32,000 nt of DNA, from the NCBI RefSeq assembly GCF_003324675.1, contig NZ_CP030918.1:930001-962000 (forward strand), written 5' to 3'. Both the position numbers and the translations under genes were made by a program. Below, piece after piece: positions 29,315 to 32,000 of the stretch. How positions within the stretch are numbered: the stretch's first letter is position 1; every line of letters starts with the position of its first letter. Origin of the DNA: Paracoccus suum. Lineage in GTDB: Bacteria; Pseudomonadota; Alphaproteobacteria; Rhodobacterales; Rhodobacteraceae. The notes below the pieces were generated by a model. That model searched no databases. It was not told the DNA's origin and was given only the letters and a program-made list of their open reading frames with translations.

Positions 29315-32000
29315 TTAAATCATTATATCGCCGCGCAGCAACTCGGCGCGGTTGCTCAGGGCGATTGAAAAATCTGCGCGCAAGTCACCATTCAGGTCAG
29401 CATCGAGATAGGTCAGGCTGCCGACCTGCCGGACCATTACGCTGCCGGCGCCGCCGGAAAAACTTGACCCACTCCAGTGGCAGTTCATGCCGCGTAAATC
29501 GATTCTGTCGTCCCCGGTGACGAAGTCGGTGATCAGGTCCGCGGTCAGCGCGCTGGCAGCAGAGTCTCGCGCGGCAAACACAAACCGGTCCGAGCCTGCC
29601 CCGCCGGTCATGACGTCGCGGCCTAGACCGCCGAAGAGATAGTCGTTCGAGTCGCCGCCCTGCATGATGTCATTACCGGCGTTTCCGTACAGGATGTCGA
29701 TCCCGGTGCCGCCAACGAGAAAATCGTTTCCCTCCGCGCCTACGAGGGTGTCGTCGCCCGCGTCACCGGTCATGTCATTGGCGCCGAACTGCCCAACAAG
29801 ATAGTCATTGCCGTCGCCGCCGCCGAGGCGATCGTTTCCAAGGCCGCCGATCAGCCAGTCGTTATCCGGACCGCCCATCAGTGTATCATTGCCGGCTCCA
29901 CCGAGCAGGGTACCCAGCCCGGACCCGCCACTTAACAGGTCATTTCCGTCGCCGCCGTCGAGGCGGTCGTTCCCAGCCTCGCCGTAAATCCTGTCGTTGT
30001 CGGCCATCCCCAGCAAGACGTCGTCGCCAAGGCCGCCAAACATGCCGTCGTTGCCGGCATCACCGCGCATTACATCGTCGCCGCCCTCACCCGACATGTA
30101 GTCGTTACCAACGCCACCATATGCCAGATCGTTACCTTCACCGCATGCGATGAAGTCGTTCCCGAGGCCGCCGTCGATGGAATCAGTCCCGGCGTCACCG
30201 CTGCATCTGTCATCGCCGTCCTGGCCCCAGATGACGTCGTTGCCGAGGCCACCATAGAGGCGGTCGTTGCCGGCGTCACCGCGCAAGCGGTCGTTGCCGG
30301 ACCAGCCAATCACCTGGTCATCGCCCGCGCCCCCGAGAACGATGTCGTTGCCCGCGCCGCCATTCAGGATATCCGCTCCGGCGCCCCCGTCGAGGTAGTC
30401 TTCTCCCTCGTCACCCGTCATACGATCATCGCCGGCTTGGCCGAGCAAAGTATCGTTGTCCAATCCCCCAGCGATAACGTCATTCCCGTCCTCGCCAAAC
30501 AGGCGATCCCGGCCGGCATAGCCTATCAGAATATCGTTGCCTGCGCTGCCGACGAGTGAATCATTTGACAGACCCCCATAAAGGAAATCGTTGCCCGCTC
30601 CGCCTGCCAGGTAGTTCAAACCGCCCTCGCCATAAATCGTGTCGTTGCCATCGCCGCCGGTCATGACATCTTCCCCGATTCCGCCGAAGATCAGATCATT
30701 TCCCGCGCCGCCATCGATGCGGTCATTCCCGTCGTCGCCCAGGAGGCGGTCGTCACCGGCGTCACCGAGCAGCGTGTCATTGTCAGCCCCGCCGGAAATC
30801 ACATCATTTTCAGTCCCTCCGGCCAACACATCGCGACCGAGTCCGCCAACAATATAGTCGGCCCCGGCGCCGCCGAATGCCGTGTCGGCGCCGATGCCGC
30901 CCAGCAAGGTGTCGTCGCCGTCGTCTCCCGAAAATCGGTTTAGGCCGCCCGACGCGCTGATCACATCGTTGCCTGACCCGCCGGAGATCGTGTCATTTCC
31001 AAGGCCGCCCTGGAGCACGTCATCGCCAGCGCCACCCTGCAGCAAATCGTTGCCGTCGTCGCCGAGTAATAGGTCATTGCCGTCTTCGCCGATCAGCGTG
31101 TCGTTTCCCGTTCCCCCTTGCAGACGGTCGTCGCCTGTCCCCCCCATCAAAAAGTCGTCACCATCTTGACCCAACAGAGTGTCGCGGCCCGATTCGCCAT
31201 AAAGGCGATCGTTTCCGGCGTCCCCGCTGCCCCAATCGTTGCCCGACCGGCCATAGATCAAGTCGTCACCGTCGCCGCCGCTGAGCCGGTCGTCGAAAAC
31301 CCCGCCGGTAAGGGTGTCTCCTCCGCCCAAGCCGTAGATCGTCACGGCGTTGACGCCCGCGCCAATCCAGTCTCCACCGGCGGTGCCGACGAGAGTGACC
31401 GCGTTTCCCGGCGTCGGATAATGCGCGATGGGAAAGTTATCGATGCTGACGATGCCGGCAGGCAGGCTGGCACCGCTTGCACTGCGCACGTCGATGGTGG
31501 TTGGGCCGAAGGTGATGCGCAGGCCCGTGGACGTCGACGTTATTGCCATCTGCATCGGATGGCGAACCATGCCCAGGTCGCTGAGGTCGAGGCGGTCCTG
31601 GTTGCGGTCGAAGTCGGTGATGGTGATCGTGCCCACAACCGCAGTAGGCACGAAAACATCCGCCCCCGCCCCGCCGGTCAGCATCACCGGCCGGCCGCCC
31701 GCGACAAGCGTGTCGTCCCCCGCGCCGCCTGTGATCCGCAAAGTTCCCGCCTGCGCGACGAGCAGGTCATCGGCCGCCGTTCCGACGGTGTAGCCGCTGG
31801 AGGCAAACCCGGTCGCACCGACCACGCCAGTGTCGACAGCGAGCTGGGTGATCCCCCGCTCTGTCGCCGAGCTGGCGAAAAGCGCGATCTTGCCGGCCAG
31901 CACCCCGGCCGCGAGGCCCGAGACATCAGCCAGCGACGTGCCTGCCGTGTCGGCCAAGGTGCCGACATGCACCAGCCGTCCGTCGGGCAGCAAGGTGAAC
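29315..32000 (-). CDS. Large RTX-type calcium-binding repeat protein, C-terminal 890+ aa (N-terminus beyond the window)
   Basis: The frame is open to the window edge; the track start at 31993 is only a TTG. The body is GGxGxDxUx nonapeptides. The C-terminus (GGAGSDRFVF...ITDFVTGDDRIDLRG...) matches the module of type I secretion substrates. Confidence 0.9.
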   Translation of the reverse strand, partial: FTLLPDGRLVHVGTLADTAGTSLADVSGLAAGVLAGKIALFASSATERGITQLAVDTGVVGATGFASSGYTVGTAADDLLVAQAGTLRITGGAGDDTLVAGGRPVMLTGGAGADVFVPTAVVGTITITDFDRNQDRLDLSDLGMVRHPMQMAITSTSTGLRITFGPTTIDVRSASGASLPAGIVSIDNFPIAHYPTPGNAVTLVGTAGGDWIGAGVNAVTIYGLGGGDTLTGGVFDDRLSGGDGDDLIYGRSGNDWGSGDAGNDRLYGESGRDTLLGQDGDDFLMGGTGDDRLQGGTGNDTLIGEDGNDLLLGDDGNDLLQGGAGDDVLQGGLGNDTISGGSGNDVISASGGLNRFSGDDGDDTLLGGIGADTAFGGAGADYIVGGLGRDVLAGGTENDVISGGADNDTLLGDAGDDRLLGDDGNDRIDGGAGNDLIFGGIGEDVMTGGDGNDTIYGEGGLNYLAGGAGNDFLYGGLSNDSLVGSAGNDILIGYAGRDRLFGEDGNDVIAGGLDNDTLLGQAGDDRMTGDEGEDYLDGGAGADILNGGAGNDIVLGGAGDDQVIGWSGNDRLRGDAGNDRLYGGLGNDVIWGQDGDDRCSGDAGTDSIDGGLGNDFIACGEGNDLAYGGVGNDYMSGEGGDDVMRGDAGNDGMFGGLGDDVLLGMADNDRIYGEAGNDRLDGGDGNDLLSGGSGLGTLLGGAGNDTLMGGPDNDWLIGGLGNDRLGGGDGNDYLVGQFGANDMTGDAGDDTLVGAEGNDFLVGGTGIDILYGNAGNDIMQGGDSNDYLFGGLGRDVMTGGAGSDRFVFAARDSAASALTADLITDFVTGDDRIDLRGMNCHWSGSSFSGGAGSVMVRQVGSLTYLDADLNGDLRADFSIALSNRAELLRGDIMI
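29576..31333 (-). repeat. Array of 65 consecutive RTX nonapeptide (27-nt) coding repeats
   Basis: Hand-parsed from GLGGGDTLT to GGAGSDRFV. There are 65 units of exactly nine residues with no spacer or indel. Confidence 0.85.

Noticed and set aside
29576-31333. 27-nt periodicity at the DNA level, considered as a CRISPR array or non-coding tandem repeat.
   Set aside because: There is no repeat-spacer structure and the units are divergent. The periodicity is fully explained by in-frame RTX nonapeptide coding on the minus strand.

Overview
High-GC (about two-thirds G+C) chromosomal window, most likely a Rhodobacterales-like alphaproteobacterium (inferred from gene content and synteny, not searched). 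It is tightly packed with about 35 genes, mostly housekeeping. In order they are holA'-lptE-leuS, a DUF3576-like lipoprotein, a general porin, yggS (apparently frameshifted), an L,D-transpeptidase and ribA. Next come an orphan OmpR-family response regulator, xthA, a thioredoxin-TPR / LON-domain / Trm112 trio, ugd, mutS and a signal-peptide-bearing MhpD-like hydratase. These are followed by tusA-like, DUF2478, mobA, a small Thr-rich membrane protein, msrC, a LysE exporter and an RluA-family synthase. The last core block is pncA-pncB, a Nudix protein, arfB, an orphan TRAP binding protein and manB. The only clearly accessory part is the right end (about 25.9-32 kb). It holds a kpsE-kpsT / kpsM capsule-type ABC export trio, then a very large RTX-type calcium-binding protein that runs off the window. 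I saw no tRNA/rRNA genes, IS elements, integrases, CRISPR arrays or recognisable defence or toxin-antitoxin modules, and I cannot claim a clearly novel multi-gene system. The items most worth a second look are listed here. (1) The RTX protein has 65 uninterrupted, in-register nonapeptide repeats plus an internal copy of its C-terminal module. (2) Codon composition breaks inside kpsM, marking the right end as foreign or mosaic. (3) KpsE may carry a ~200-aa Pro/Ala-rich N-terminal extension. (4) An EcfG-type (general stress response) promoter motif sits in front of a Thr-rich, single-pass membrane protein. (5) A hydratase-family enzyme appears to be periplasm-targeted. (6) yggS has a homopolymer frameshift. 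All family assignments come from reading motifs by eye and from memory of these families; no searches were run.
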